Source: Patescibacteria group bacterium (GTDB lineage: Bacteria > Patescibacteriota > Patescibacteriia > UM-FILTER-42-10). Taken from it: a DNA stretch of 64,000 nt. Location: contig JBAYGW010000004.1 in NCBI GenBank assembly GCA_041666485.1, forward strand, positions 10,341 to 74,340, written 5' to 3'. Made by a program: the position numbers and the translations under genes. Position 1 is the stretch's first letter, and each line of letters starts with the position of its first letter. The notes beneath the pieces are model-generated. The model was not told where the DNA came from. It did not search any database and saw only the letters and a program-made list of their open reading frames with translations. Positions 47,987 through 59,382 of this stretch are shown here, piece by piece.

Positions 47987-49208
47987 AATTTGTTGGTTTT
48001 AGTTTAAATATTATTAGTAAAATTATTGCTGATAAAAACATGCTTGTGAGTGCACTATATGCAGCACCTATTGAACCATATCGCGGGATTAGCCACAAAT
48101 TGCTGCCAATGTTTATTACTACATTAAAGCATGTTACATACAAGGCGGTTCTTTGTCTATTGGTGGACGAAAGGAGCACTCCTAAGAAATTTGTTAAAAA
48201 TGCAAATGGAAGAACAAAACCAAGAACTTGCAACGATGAAGATCCCGGTAAATATTCTTTACCGTATACAATTGAAATAAGCCATTCCGCGCTAAAATAA
48301 ATCCCGATAGCCATTGCAATACCAGTAGCAAATTGAATAAGTAGCCAGATATTTATTTTCCGTTTTAGAAGATGCAATTCTTTATGTTGTCTAGATAGTA
48401 CTGGGTAAATTGAGGCATTAGCTAAACTAGGAAATAGCATTGAAATAAAGAGGAAATTATATGCTGCGCTATACCATCCGGTTTCCACATCTCCTTTTAT
48501 CCAGGAAACCATAACTGTATCAATATTAAAATATGCGGTGACAAAAATTCCGGATAGTGCAAAGGGCCATCCTTCCTTAACTAAAAACAAAAAAGTTTGC
48601 TTATCAAATTTGAAATTAAATTTAGTAAAAAATTTCTTGATCCAGCGGATTGACATTAGGAATGTTACCGCTGAAGCAAAAACAAAACCAAAAATCAACA
48701 CGGTCATATCCTTGATGTAGATACTTGCAAATATTACGTATAAAACCAGAATGATACTTTCTATCAGCTTCAGCAGTGTTTCAAACTTCATTTTTTCAAA
48801 TGCGCGGTAGATTGATTTAGAAAATGTGTTATAGGAATTAAAAACGACATATAATGACAAGACATAAACTAGCAAATTTACTTCAGCCGGTTTGTTAGTA
48901 AAGATTGTTGAAATAAAGATGAGTATGATAGTCAGAATGCTCAGAAAAATTTTTAAAATAAAGCTGTTGCCGATCAGTTTATCCGCACTGTCTTTATCTC
49001 GGGCAACTTCACGAATTATCAAGTTATTTATGCCAAAATCAGCAATCACCGAAAAAATTATTACGAATGATATCGCGTAGTTGAATTGCCCGAATAAATC
49101 TGTGCCGAATGATCTTGCAATAATTATTGTAACCAGAAAAAAGACACCTTTATTCAGCAATTCCGCGACAACCAGCCAGCTGGCATTTTTAAAAATACTT
49201 TTTAGCAT
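47955..49208 (-). CDS. wzx: Wzx-like polysaccharide flippase (MOP superfamily), second copy
   Basis: 417 aa with about 12 TM helices. N-terminus ASWLVVAELLNKGVFFLVTIIIARSFGTDLFGQFNYA. Confidence 0.7.
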   Translation of the reverse strand: MLKSIFKNASWLVVAELLNKGVFFLVTIIIARSFGTDLFGQFNYAISFVIIFSVIADFGINNLIIREVARDKDSADKLIGNSFILKIFLSILTIILIFISTIFTNKPAEVNLLVYVLSLYVVFNSYNTFSKSIYRAFEKMKFETLLKLIESIILVLYVIFASIYIKDMTVLIFGFVFASAVTFLMSIRWIKKFFTKFNFKFDKQTFLFLVKEGWPFALSGIFVTAYFNIDTVMVSWIKGDVETGWYSAAYNFLFISMLFPSLANASIYPVLSRQHKELHLLKRKINIWLLIQFATGIAMAIGIYFSAEWLISIVYGKEYLPGSSSLQVLGFVLPFAFLTNFLGVLLSSTNRQRTALYVTCFNVVINIGSNLWLIPRYGSIGAAYSALTSMFLSAIILLIIFKLKPTNYETSRPEGIR

Positions 49209-49210
49209 AT

Positions 49211-50251
49211 CTATTTATATATCATATCTTTCATCGATACTGGAAAACGCTTGAACCATGTTGCTACTGTTTTTAAATCCGTTGTTTTGTTTTTTTGAAT
49301 GAGTGATCTTTTTTTAAGCATATTGTGCATATATCTAATAACGCTGCCCCATCCTTGCAAAGTTATTTTTATTGGCAAAAGTGGGCTGGTGTTTTTTGAT
49401 AATTCATGAGAAGGACCTTTCTTGATTCTAATACTGTTAAATAGTAGTAGATATCGGTATGGTGTGAGTAGGACAGCTCTCCAAAAATATTTTGCCGGCA
49501 AATCCTTAATAATAATAAAAAATCTGTTTCTGTTTATATAGTATGATTTAAATGGAGAAAATGATTTTGACGTTGCCGAATGAATATGATGGACAATAGC
49601 ATTTGGACAAGCAAACGAAATCCAACCTTTTAGCCTTAATCGCCAGTCTAAATCAAAATCTTCATAGTAAGCAAAAAATATTTTATCAAAAACCTCGTCT
49701 TCAATCATTGCATCTTCTAACGCTTCTTTTCTAAAAAGAGCAGCACCGGCGCATACTCCAAAAATTTCTTCTTCTTCATCATATTGATGATTGTCAATTT
49801 CTTTAGAACCTCTTCCTAAACCACCGCCGTCAATTCCCACTGTAACACCAATACTATCAATTAGATTATTTTGATGATAATAAATCATCTTAGGTGCAAT
49901 TGACCCGATTTGTTTATTTGATTCTGCAAGCCGGACAAGATTGGCCAAAAATTTATTATCTGCCTTTGTGTCATTGTTTAGAGTTACTACATATTTAATT
50001 TCAGCGTCTTTAAATATTTCGCGTAATGCTATGTTATTACCTTCAGCAAAACCGACATTTTTATTCAATTGAATAATTTTTGTATCGGGAAAACTGGATT
50101 TAATGAATGCTACCGAATCATCTTCTGAACCATTATCAACAAAATACACATCAAAATTTCTAAAAGTTTGATTCTGAATAGCAGTGAAACAATCTTTCAA
50201 ATAAGAATAACCATTCCAGTTAACTATAATTATAGCAACTTTATCTATCAT
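49211..50251 (-). CDS. GT2 glycosyltransferase
   Basis: VAIIIVNWNGYSYLKDCFTAIQNQ...VYFVDNGSEDDS...GFAEGNN...YEDFD. Confidence 0.75.
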   Translation of the reverse strand: MIDKVAIIIVNWNGYSYLKDCFTAIQNQTFRNFDVYFVDNGSEDDSVAFIKSSFPDTKIIQLNKNVGFAEGNNIALREIFKDAEIKYVVTLNNDTKADNKFLANLVRLAESNKQIGSIAPKMIYYHQNNLIDSIGVTVGIDGGGLGRGSKEIDNHQYDEEEEIFGVCAGAALFRKEALEDAMIEDEVFDKIFFAYYEDFDLDWRLRLKGWISFACPNAIVHHIHSATSKSFSPFKSYYINRNRFFIIIKDLPAKYFWRAVLLTPYRYLLLFNSIRIKKGPSHELSKNTSPLLPIKITLQGWGSVIRYMHNMLKKRSLIQKNKTTDLKTVATWFKRFPVSMKDMIYK

Positions 50252-50966
50252 TTTTTCGAGCTATTACAATTATCTCACCAAAGTATGGATAGAGTTTAGC
50301 CGGTATTAAATTAACTAAAAAATCCATTATCTTCCATAATATGTTGAATTTTGAAAAGAAACCTGAAAATATAATTGAATTGTATGTTTTGATATTTTCA
50401 ATTTGAAAACCATTATCCCTTAATTTATTACTGAGATATTTTGGATCGTAGTATCTCAAATGTCCTTCATGGTATTTTTTTGTAATCAGCTCAGAAAACC
50501 AACCAGAGAAGGGGACTTCTATAATTATTTTTGTATTATCACTTGATGCTTGATGAACACTCTTAATTAACTTATCAGGATTAAAGGCATGTTCCAACAC
50601 ATCTAACATAACTATTGTATCAATTTCGCCGACATCAGGAATATTTTTTCCATCAAAGAGTAGAAAACTTAATTTATTATTATTGTTTGATTTGTTATTC
50701 TCGTCTATTACAGTCTTAGAAATATCAATACCTACGCCATTATTAATTTTGTGTATAATCTTTTTTAAAAATAATCCTTTTGAACAACCAATATCAAGGA
50801 CTTTATTTTTTGAAGAAAAATTATAAAGAGTTTCAACTCTTTTTATTTTAATGTCCATTTTTTTTTCCTGATCCGTGCTGTGTTGCCTAATAGATGAATT
50901 ATTGTAAAAATTTATCAGTTTACTTTCCACTTCAGAGTTGAATGTGTATTCAAAATATTTTTTCAT
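50241..50966 (-). CDS. Class I SAM-dependent methyltransferase
   Basis: VLDIGCSKGLFLKKI (motif I) and DTIVMLDVLEHAFNPDKLI. Confidence 0.7.
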   Translation of the reverse strand: MKKYFEYTFNSEVESKLINFYNNSSIRQHSTDQEKKMDIKIKRVETLYNFSSKNKVLDIGCSKGLFLKKIIHKINNGVGIDISKTVIDENNKSNNNNKLSFLLFDGKNIPDVGEIDTIVMLDVLEHAFNPDKLIKSVHQASSDNTKIIIEVPFSGWFSELITKKYHEGHLRYYDPKYLSNKLRDNGFQIENIKTYNSIIFSGFFSKFNILWKIMDFLVNLIPAKLYPYFGEIIVIARKNDR

Positions 50967-50970
50967 TTTT

Positions 50971-52101
50971 TTATATTAAAGCTAAATGTTCTTTTGCGAT
51001 TATCGTAGGGGAATAATTTTCCAATAATTTATTGTTATATTCAATAAATGAACTGATTAATTTTTTATTGTGAATGATTGTATTTATTGCATTTGCGAGC
51101 AAAGTCTCATTTTCCGGATCAACAAGCAAACCATTTTTCATGTTCTCAATAATGTCGGTCTGCCCACCATAATTTGTTGCAACAATGGGCAATCCTGCCT
51201 GCATCGCTTCTAAAATTACAATACCAAGACCCTCATGGATGGAGCTCAGCACGTAAACATCGGCAATGTGCAAATATTGAAATTTATTTATATCATCAAG
51301 TGCGCCAAGAAAATGAACCCGTTCCGCCACATTTTCATCATCTGATAGTGACCTTAAATTATCTGATTCAGGACCGTCTCCGATTAGTAATAATTCAATA
51401 TTATTATCAAGATATTTCAATGACTTGATTAAATAATCAAATCCCTTTCTTTTAACTAACCGACCGACTGAAATCAAATATTTTTTATCGGTATCTAATT
51501 TCAAATCATCTCTGTTAAGAGGTATATATTCAGTTATTTCATAAGCAAGCGGTATTACTTTAACTGTGCATTTTGGTTTATATAGTTTAAGTGTATTTGA
51601 ACTAGTATTATTGGACTGAGCAACCACCGCATCGGCTCGATTTAATATGAATCGTATTATGGATCTGTAGTACCAGCGTCTATGGGGGGAGTTGTTTTTT
51701 GAAGGATCGTAAATGTCTCCGCCATGAACTGATAAGATGTTTTTTATGCTAAATAATTTTGAAAGCAGATATCCAACCGGTCCGGTAGGGACTACAAAAT
51801 GGGTATTGATAAAATCGTATTTGTTTTTCCTGCAAAGTGTAAAGCCTTTTAAAAATCCAAACACAACAAAAGAAAACATTGAGATAAATGATGCGGTTGA
51901 TAAATATTTTCTGCCAAAAGTTTTAACTCTGTAAAGATTAATGTCGTCAATTTGATCATACTTTTTTAATCCAGAAAATCTAGATGTCACATAATCAACA
52001 TGATGTCCGTTAGCGATAAATCCTTTAGCAAGTTTGTGGGCGGCAACGCCACCGCCACCGCCCAATGGCGGGAATTCGTAGTTAAGTATCAGAATTCTCA
52101 T
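50971..52101 (-). CDS. GT4 (group 1) glycosyltransferase
   Basis: MRILILNYEFPPLGGGGGVAAHKLAKGF...SSIHEGLGIVILEAMQAGLPIVATNYGGQTDII (EX7E). Confidence 0.8.
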   Translation of the reverse strand: MRILILNYEFPPLGGGGGVAAHKLAKGFIANGHHVDYVTSRFSGLKKYDQIDDINLYRVKTFGRKYLSTASFISMFSFVVFGFLKGFTLCRKNKYDFINTHFVVPTGPVGYLLSKLFSIKNILSVHGGDIYDPSKNNSPHRRWYYRSIIRFILNRADAVVAQSNNTSSNTLKLYKPKCTVKVIPLAYEITEYIPLNRDDLKLDTDKKYLISVGRLVKRKGFDYLIKSLKYLDNNIELLLIGDGPESDNLRSLSDDENVAERVHFLGALDDINKFQYLHIADVYVLSSIHEGLGIVILEAMQAGLPIVATNYGGQTDIIENMKNGLLVDPENETLLANAINTIIHNKKLISSFIEYNNKLLENYSPTIIAKEHLALI

Positions 52102-53053
52102 TTCTATCCTTATTCACAATTACTTCTTTGATTGAATAGATTGTGCGCTTGCGATCGTAAAATGTTTTGACTGCAATATCGGCAAGCAGTCCCGATACGA
52201 AAAGCTGTATACCGGTTAGCATCAGAAATACGGCAATCAAGGGCCAGATACTGTTTTGGAGTGCTATCTTGCCCATAATCCTGGCTATGGCCAGATAAAT
52301 CCCGAGCAGTACACCGGCTGTACCTAAAAATGCTCCCATTGTGCCGAAAAGATGCAAAGGACGGCCGGAATACTTGCGCCAGAACCAGACGGAAATCATA
52401 TCTATCAGTCCTTTTATTACACGCTTCCAGTTGTATTTTGTTTTGCCGGTAGTTCTGGGTCGGTGGTTTACTTTTACTTCACCAATTCTGAAACCCTGCC
52501 ATTTCAACATTCCCGGGATGAATCTGTGTATCTCACCGTATAGGGTTATATTTTCAAAACACTCACTTCTGAATGCTTTAAGCGTGCAACCGGAATCATG
52601 GATCTGGTCATTGATAAAGAATTTTCTTAAGTAATCCGCTCCGCGTGAGACAAATCTTTTGGAGAAATCATCTTTACGGTCAAATCTCCATCCGGAAACA
52701 ACATCATACCCCTCAGTCATTTTGGCAAGTAGGGTGGGAATATCTTTTGGATCGTTCTGACCGTCACCATCCATGGTAATAAATATCTCGCCTTCAGCAT
52801 TTTTGAATCCGGCATCCATCGCGGCCGTCTGACCGAAATTTTTCCTGAAATGGATGATTTTGATAGGGGAAAGTGTCTTTAGTTTTTCTAAAGTATGATC
52901 AATTGAACCGTCATCAACAAATACTATTTCGTATGGTTCATTTATACTTTCCATTACTGATTTGATTTCAGTGAATAATGGTTGTACAGCGTCCTGTTCA
53001 TTATAAACAGGGACAATTATGGAATATTTATATTTTTTTTCTGCATTACTCAT
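52082..53053 (-). CDS. ArnC/GtrB-like polyprenyl-phosphate glycosyltransferase (GT2 with C-terminal TM helices)
   Basis: YSIIVPVYNEQDAV...EIVFVDDGSIDHT...FRKNFGQTAAMDAGF...MDGDGQNDP, plus two C-terminal TM helices. Confidence 0.8.
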   Translation of the reverse strand: MSNAEKKYKYSIIVPVYNEQDAVQPLFTEIKSVMESINEPYEIVFVDDGSIDHTLEKLKTLSPIKIIHFRKNFGQTAAMDAGFKNAEGEIFITMDGDGQNDPKDIPTLLAKMTEGYDVVSGWRFDRKDDFSKRFVSRGADYLRKFFINDQIHDSGCTLKAFRSECFENITLYGEIHRFIPGMLKWQGFRIGEVKVNHRPRTTGKTKYNWKRVIKGLIDMISVWFWRKYSGRPLHLFGTMGAFLGTAGVLLGIYLAIARIMGKIALQNSIWPLIAVFLMLTGIQLFVSGLLADIAVKTFYDRKRTIYSIKEVIVNKDRNENSDT

Positions 53054-53058
53054 AGTAT

Positions 53059-54012
53059 TTATTTATAATATTCTTTATACCACTGAATAAAATGATGAAT
53101 ACCTTCTTCAATATTTATTTTAGGTGTAAACCTGAGCATTTTTTTCGCCTTACTGATATCAGCATGCGTTTTTTCTACATCACCGGCTTGCATTGGAAGC
53201 ATATTTATTTTCGCTTTCAAACCAAGCTCTTTTTCCATTATTCCGATAAAATATTTTAAATCAACAGTATGAGAATTGCCTAAATTAAAAATCTCATATT
53301 TATGCGGAAGCTTCAGCGCACTTATCACGCCGTCAATTACATCATCAATATAAGTAAAATCGCGGTGATGCTTGCCGAAGTTATATACGTCAATTTTTTC
53401 TCCTGCGATGATTTTTTTTGTGAATTTAAAATATGCCATGTCCGGACGGCCGTATGGCCCATAGGCAGTGAAAAAGCGCAAGCCGGTAACATTTAAACCG
53501 TAAAGTTTGTGATATACATGCGCTAATAGCTCACAGGATTTTTTGGTTGCAGCATAAACAGAAATAGGAGAATCTACAAGATCACTTTCTGAGAATGGTA
53601 TTTTTTTATTGCCTCCATATACAGACGATGATGAAGCAAATACAAAATTACTTATTTTGTAGTCTTTTGCCAGCTCCAATAGATTTAAAGTACCTCGGAT
53701 ATTTACATCTTGGTAAATAAACGGATCTTCAATAGATGCTCTAACGCCTGCACGAGCCGCAAGATGGCAAATTCGGTCAATTTTGTGCTCCTTAAATATT
53801 TGTTTTAATCGGTCATAATCTCTGATATCTGTCCGATATATTGGAAACTCAAATTTGCCCAGGAGTTTATTTATCCGGTCTTCTTTTAGTTGTGGATCGT
53901 AATAATCGTTGAAATCATCAACACAGATAATGTTTTCACCGTTTTCAATCAACCTTTTGATTGTATGCGAACCAATAAACCCTGCACCACCGGTTACGAG
54001 TGTCGTTGTCAT
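53059..54012 (-). CDS. UDP-glucuronate 4-epimerase (UDP-GlcA to UDP-GalA), CapI/Gla-like
   Basis: [13 protein letters not shown]...DDFNDYYDPQLKEDR...HLAARAGVRASIEDP...YAATKKSCELLAHVYHKLYGLNVTGLRFFTAYGPYGRPDMAYFKFTKKI...KHHRDFTYIDD closely follows the UDP-GlcA 4-epimerase family pattern. Confidence 0.8.
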   Translation of the reverse strand: MTTTLVTGGAGFIGSHTIKRLIENGENIICVDDFNDYYDPQLKEDRINKLLGKFEFPIYRTDIRDYDRLKQIFKEHKIDRICHLAARAGVRASIEDPFIYQDVNIRGTLNLLELAKDYKISNFVFASSSSVYGGNKKIPFSESDLVDSPISVYAATKKSCELLAHVYHKLYGLNVTGLRFFTAYGPYGRPDMAYFKFTKKIIAGEKIDVYNFGKHHRDFTYIDDVIDGVISALKLPHKYEIFNLGNSHTVDLKYFIGIMEKELGLKAKINMLPMQAGDVEKTHADISKAKKMLRFTPKINIEEGIHHFIQWYKEYYK

Positions 54013-54131
54013 TCGGTATCGAAATTAGTTATTTTACTCTGAGATTATACAAATTTTATCAGTTTTTGGCAACTTATTATTGCTTAGCACAAAACAGGGA
54101 ATTAATGTCTAGCAAATACCTGATTTATCAG

Positions 54132-55316
54132 CTAAATTATTTTGTATTTTTTCCCAACTTTTTCAAACGCGGAAATTGCCTGATCAAGATCACTTTTTGA
54201 GTGCGCAGCGGATATTTGTACTCTGATTCTGGCTTTGCCCTGCGGAACAACCGGATAGTAGAATCCAATAACATAAATTCCTTCAGCCAATAAATCTTCA
54301 GCCATTTTTTGAGCTAGCTCCGCTTCATACAGCATGATAGGAACGATCGGGTGAATTCCTTCCTTGATATCAAATCCTAATTTGGTCATCTTGTCACGGA
54401 AATATTTGGCATTATCTATTACTGTTTCACGGAAAGACGAATTCTTTTGAATGATTCCCAAAATTGCAATTGATGTTGCGGTAACCAGCGGAGACAGGGA
54501 ATTGGAAAAGAGATATGTTCTGGAACGTTGCCTCAGAAGATCAATAATTTCTTTTCTGCCGGAAATAAAACCGCCGGACGAACCGCCCAGAGCTTTGCCG
54601 AGCGTGCCGGTCACTAAATCTACTTTGTCGGAGACTCCGTAATACTCCGGTGTACCCTTGCCGTTTTCGCCGATAAACCCGCTGGCATGTGAATCATCCA
54701 CAACTACCAGCGCTTCGTATTTTTCCGCCAGTTCACAGATAGATTTAATATCCGCAATATGGCCGTCCATGCTGAACACGCCGTCCGTTGCAATTACTTT
54801 TCTGCGGGAATCTTTACTTTCAATCAGTTTCGCTTCCAGATCATTCATATCCATATGCCGGAATATTTTTCGTTCTGCTTTACTGAGTCGTACGCCGTCA
54901 ATGATACTGGCATGGTTCAGTTCGTCAGAGATAATAACATCTTCTTTGCTGGTGATGGTTTCAAACAGGCCGGTGTTGGCGTCAAAACAGGAGGAATACA
55001 ATATCGTATCTTCTGTGCCGAGAAATTCTGAAAGTTTATTTTCCAACTTTTTATGAATAGTTTGTGTACCACAGATAAATCGGACGGACGATAAACCATA
55101 GCCCCACTGGTCCAAGGCATTTTTTGTGGCTGAAATAACCTCCGGATTGTTGGAAAGGCCGAGATAATTATTGGCGCAGAAATTCAAAAGTTCTTTGCCG
55201 TTGGCAATTATCTTAGCGCCCTGCGGTGTTTCCAGCACGCGTTCATTTTTATAAAGATTATTATCTTTAATTGACTGCACTTCAGCAATAAAGCCGGCTT
55301 TTGTAGTACGATCCAT
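54132..55316 (-). CDS. kbl: 2-amino-3-ketobutyrate CoA ligase (glycine C-acetyltransferase)
   Basis: Near-collinear with enterobacterial Kbl: NFCANNYLGLSNNP...SVRFICGTQ..H..LE.KL..FLGTEDTILYSSCFDAN.GLFET...DELNHASIIDGVRL...ATDGVFSMDG.IA...DDSHA.GF.GENGKG...TGTLGKALGGSSGG...YLFSNSL.P...GIYV.GF.YPVVP.G.ARIR.Q.SAAH. Confidence 0.9.
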   Translation of the reverse strand: MDRTTKAGFIAEVQSIKDNNLYKNERVLETPQGAKIIANGKELLNFCANNYLGLSNNPEVISATKNALDQWGYGLSSVRFICGTQTIHKKLENKLSEFLGTEDTILYSSCFDANTGLFETITSKEDVIISDELNHASIIDGVRLSKAERKIFRHMDMNDLEAKLIESKDSRRKVIATDGVFSMDGHIADIKSICELAEKYEALVVVDDSHASGFIGENGKGTPEYYGVSDKVDLVTGTLGKALGGSSGGFISGRKEIIDLLRQRSRTYLFSNSLSPLVTATSIAILGIIQKNSSFRETVIDNAKYFRDKMTKLGFDIKEGIHPIVPIMLYEAELAQKMAEDLLAEGIYVIGFYYPVVPQGKARIRVQISAAHSKSDLDQAISAFEKVGKKYKII

Positions 55317-55583
55317 ATATTTACTATTATTGAATTAATTAAACCAAAACTCTTTCATGGAAACTGAAAGTATAAATGCGTTGCAATGATTACCGCAAAT
55401 ATATGAAGTATTATATCAATATCCCGGATGTTTTAGTAGTGTATAACTATATACAATATTTTATAAATGGATGATTTTGACTAAGAGAACAAAAATTAGT
55501 AAAATGTAGGTTGTTGTTAGTATATATTTAAAGAAAATTGCAGGCCATTTCGAAGCATTATTAAGCAAAATAATGAAAAAACT

Positions 55584-56306
55584 ATGAAAGGAATTATATT
55601 AGCGGGCGGACAGGCGACCAGACTGCGCCCTTTGACTCTGGTGACCAATAAACATCTTTTGCCGGTGTACGACAAACCGATGATTTATTATCCTCTGTTG
55701 ACTCTGGCAAATGCCGGTATCAAGGATATCATGATTATTTCCGGTAAGGGACACGCCGGCCACTTTTTAGAACTGTTGCGCTCCGGCGAGGAATTCGGTG
55801 TTAGACTTTCCTATGGCGTGCAGGAGGAGGCCGGCGGGATTGCGCAGGCGCTGGCTTTGTGTCGGGATTTTGCGGATGAAGACAAGATAGCGGTGATTCT
55901 TGGTGATAATATATTTGAAGACAATGTGGCGAAAAAAGCCGCTCAAGATTTTGAACAGCAGGAGAAGGGCGCTAAAATATTTCTAAAAGAGGTTCCGGAC
56001 CCGGAGCGTTTTGGCGTGGCGGAAATCAGCGGCGATAAAATACTGGGCATTGAAGAAAAGCCAAAAAGTCCAAAAAGTTCCATGGCAGTAGTTGGACTGT
56101 ATATGTATGACAATCAAGTGTGGAAGGTGATTGAAAATCTGAAGCCGTCGGGCAGGGGAGAGCTGGAAATTACGGATGTGAATAATTATTATATTAATCA
56201 GGGGACAATGACTTATGAAGTGCTGAGCGGACTATGGACCGACGCGGGTACTTTTGATTCCCTTTATCGCGCTAATAAAATTGTAGCGGAAAGAAATAAA
56301 CAATAA
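55584..56306 (+). CDS. rmlA: Glucose-1-phosphate thymidylyl/nucleotidyltransferase, short RmlA-like form
   Basis: MKGIILAGGQATRLRPLT...NKHLLPVYDKPMIYYPL...GDNIFED. 240 aa. Confidence 0.7.
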   Translation: MKGIILAGGQATRLRPLTLVTNKHLLPVYDKPMIYYPLLTLANAGIKDIMIISGKGHAGHFLELLRSGEEFGVRLSYGVQEEAGGIAQALALCRDFADEDKIAVILGDNIFEDNVAKKAAQDFEQQEKGAKIFLKEVPDPERFGVAEISGDKILGIEEKPKSPKSSMAVVGLYMYDNQVWKVIENLKPSGRGELEITDVNNYYINQGTMTYEVLSGLWTDAGTFDSLYRANKIVAERNKQ

Positions 56307-56310
56307 TCAT

Positions 56311-56790
56311 ATGATTGACGGAGTAAAAATTAAAGAGTTAATTGTGCGCCAGGATATTCCTGATACGGATGAAGCCACGGAAAAACCGGGTTTTCTTATG
56401 GAAGTATTAAGGGATGACGAAAGTCTGTTGAAAAAATACGGGCAGACGACATTCACAGTCGCTTATAAAGGGACGATAAAAGCTTTTCATTATCATGAAA
56501 AACAGGATGATTTATGGTTTGTCGCGACCGGCAAAGCAATGATTGTGCTGTATGATTTGAGAGAAAGCTCGCCGACATTCGGGGAGACGCAGGTAATCAG
56601 CGCCGGGACAGATGATTATAAGCTGGTTGTTATCCCGATCGGTGTTGCGCATGGCTATAAAGTGCTGTCGGATGAGCCGGTATTGCTTTTTTACCACACG
56701 ACGGAGAGTTACAATGCTAACAATCCTGATGAGAAGCGCATGCCGTACAATGACCCGAAAGTGGGTTTTGACTGGAGTCGTAATTCATAA
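56311..56790 (+). CDS. rmlC: dTDP-4-dehydrorhamnose 3,5-epimerase family (RmlC-like cupin)
   Basis: KAFHYHEKQDDLWFVATGKAMIVLYDLRESSPTFGE...GVAHGY matches the RmlC core (RG.H.Q...Q.KLV.V..G.I.DV.VDLR..SPTFG). Confidence 0.75.
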   Translation: MIDGVKIKELIVRQDIPDTDEATEKPGFLMEVLRDDESLLKKYGQTTFTVAYKGTIKAFHYHEKQDDLWFVATGKAMIVLYDLRESSPTFGETQVISAGTDDYKLVVIPIGVAHGYKVLSDEPVLLFYHTTESYNANNPDEKRMPYNDPKVGFDWSRNS

Positions 56791-56886
56791 TTGAAAATGT
56801 ATTATGTATAATTGATTCAATTTCAATCTTACATTATGAATTATGCATTATTTATTCGCCACCTACAGTACTAATTAAAATAGATT

Positions 56887-57822
56887 ATGAAAATACACAT
56901 TTCAGGATCGCTTGCATATGACCGAATAATGGATTTCCCCGGACATTTTAAGGATCACATTTTGCCGGAAAAAGTGCATATGATTAATGTCAGTTTCGGG
57001 ATAAATGTATTAAAGGAAAATTTCGGCGGAACGGCGGGTAATATTGCATATTCCTTAAGATTGCTTGGTAGTGATCCGACGATTGTTGGCACAGCCGGTA
57101 GAGATTTCAGGCCGTATGCGGAGTGGTTGAAAAGAAATAAAATAAGCATGGCTGGGATTAAAATTATACCGTCCGAACTGACGGCCGGGGCATATATTAT
57201 TACTGACCGATCCAATAATCAGATTACGGCGTTTCATTTTGGCGCCATGTCACATTCCGTAGGGAAACTGGGCATGCCAAGTAAAGACAGTTTAGTTATT
57301 ATTTCCCCAGGCAATGCTTCAGATATGGTGAAAACGGTCAGAGCATGTAAAAAAGGTAAAATACCTTATATTTTTGACCCGGGTCAGCAAATACCGGCGT
57401 TGAACACAAAAGATCTTTTTTTCCTACTGAACGGTTCAAATATGTTTATTGTGAATGATTATGAATATGCATTGGTTACAAAAAGATTAAAGCTTAGTCA
57501 TGCAAAATTGATGAAAATGACCAACACGGCGATTGTTACCAAAGGTGAAAAAGGATCACAGGTTACCACCCAAAATAGCAATTTTTCCATAAAGGCAGTT
57601 ACACCGAGAAACGTGGTTGACCCGACCGGTGCAGGAGACGCATTTCGTTCCGGGCTGATTCATGGTATAATAAAAAAGTACCCATTAAAGAAAGCTGTTC
57701 AGCTGGCCACATTAGTGGCAACCTACCCGATTGAGCATCATGGTACCCAAGAACATCGGTTTACAAAAAAAGAGATTTCAAGCCGATTTGCGCATAATTT
57801 TAAAGCAAAATTAACTAATTAA
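56887..57822 (+). CDS. PfkB-family carbohydrate/nucleoside kinase (ribokinase-like)
   Basis: GGTAGNIAYSLRLLG (motif 1) and DPTGAGDAFRSGLIHG (motif 2). Confidence 0.75.
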   Translation: MKIHISGSLAYDRIMDFPGHFKDHILPEKVHMINVSFGINVLKENFGGTAGNIAYSLRLLGSDPTIVGTAGRDFRPYAEWLKRNKISMAGIKIIPSELTAGAYIITDRSNNQITAFHFGAMSHSVGKLGMPSKDSLVIISPGNASDMVKTVRACKKGKIPYIFDPGQQIPALNTKDLFFLLNGSNMFIVNDYEYALVTKRLKLSHAKLMKMTNTAIVTKGEKGSQVTTQNSNFSIKAVTPRNVVDPTGAGDAFRSGLIHGIIKKYPLKKAVQLATLVATYPIEHHGTQEHRFTKKEISSRFAHNFKAKLTN

Positions 57823-57829
57823 TAAATAA

Positions 57830-57955
57830 ATGAGCTCTATGAATCTCTCATTTTCCAAACAAAGCCCGACAACGAAAGTACTGGTCATAGTACTTGGTCT
57901 AGCATTGCTTGCATTCCTGGTTTTCGGAGTCATCACAGTAGTTCTGGGTAAATAA
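57830..57955 (+). CDS. Possible 41-aa single-TM micro-protein
   Basis: ATG...MSSMNLSFSKQSPTTKVLVIVLGLALLAFLVFGVITVVLGK*. It is below the ORF-track cut-off and is supported only by a clean hydrophobic helix and its position. Confidence 0.25.
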   Translation: MSSMNLSFSKQSPTTKVLVIVLGLALLAFLVFGVITVVLGK

Positions 57956-58024
57956 ATTCGCTAAATCAAATGCAAAAAGTAGGGGGCTGCTCCTCTGCTT
58001 TTGTGTCTTAAAATCATTAATTAA

Positions 58025-59314
<1,290 letters not shown>

Positions 59315-59382
59315 ATAATGCATAATGCATAATTAATAATGTATAATTTAATCAATTAATTATACATATTACATTTTAAATT

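Noticed and set aside
53059-55316. Reading the epimerase next to kbl as a GalE-like L-threonine dehydrogenase (tdh-kbl pair)
   Set aside because: The 317-aa protein matches UDP-glucuronate 4-epimerase motifs almost position for position (YAATKK...GLRFFTAYGPYGRPDMAYFKFTKKI) and sits in a nucleotide-sugar operon. The TDH interpretation is less likely, though it cannot be fully excluded without phylogeny.
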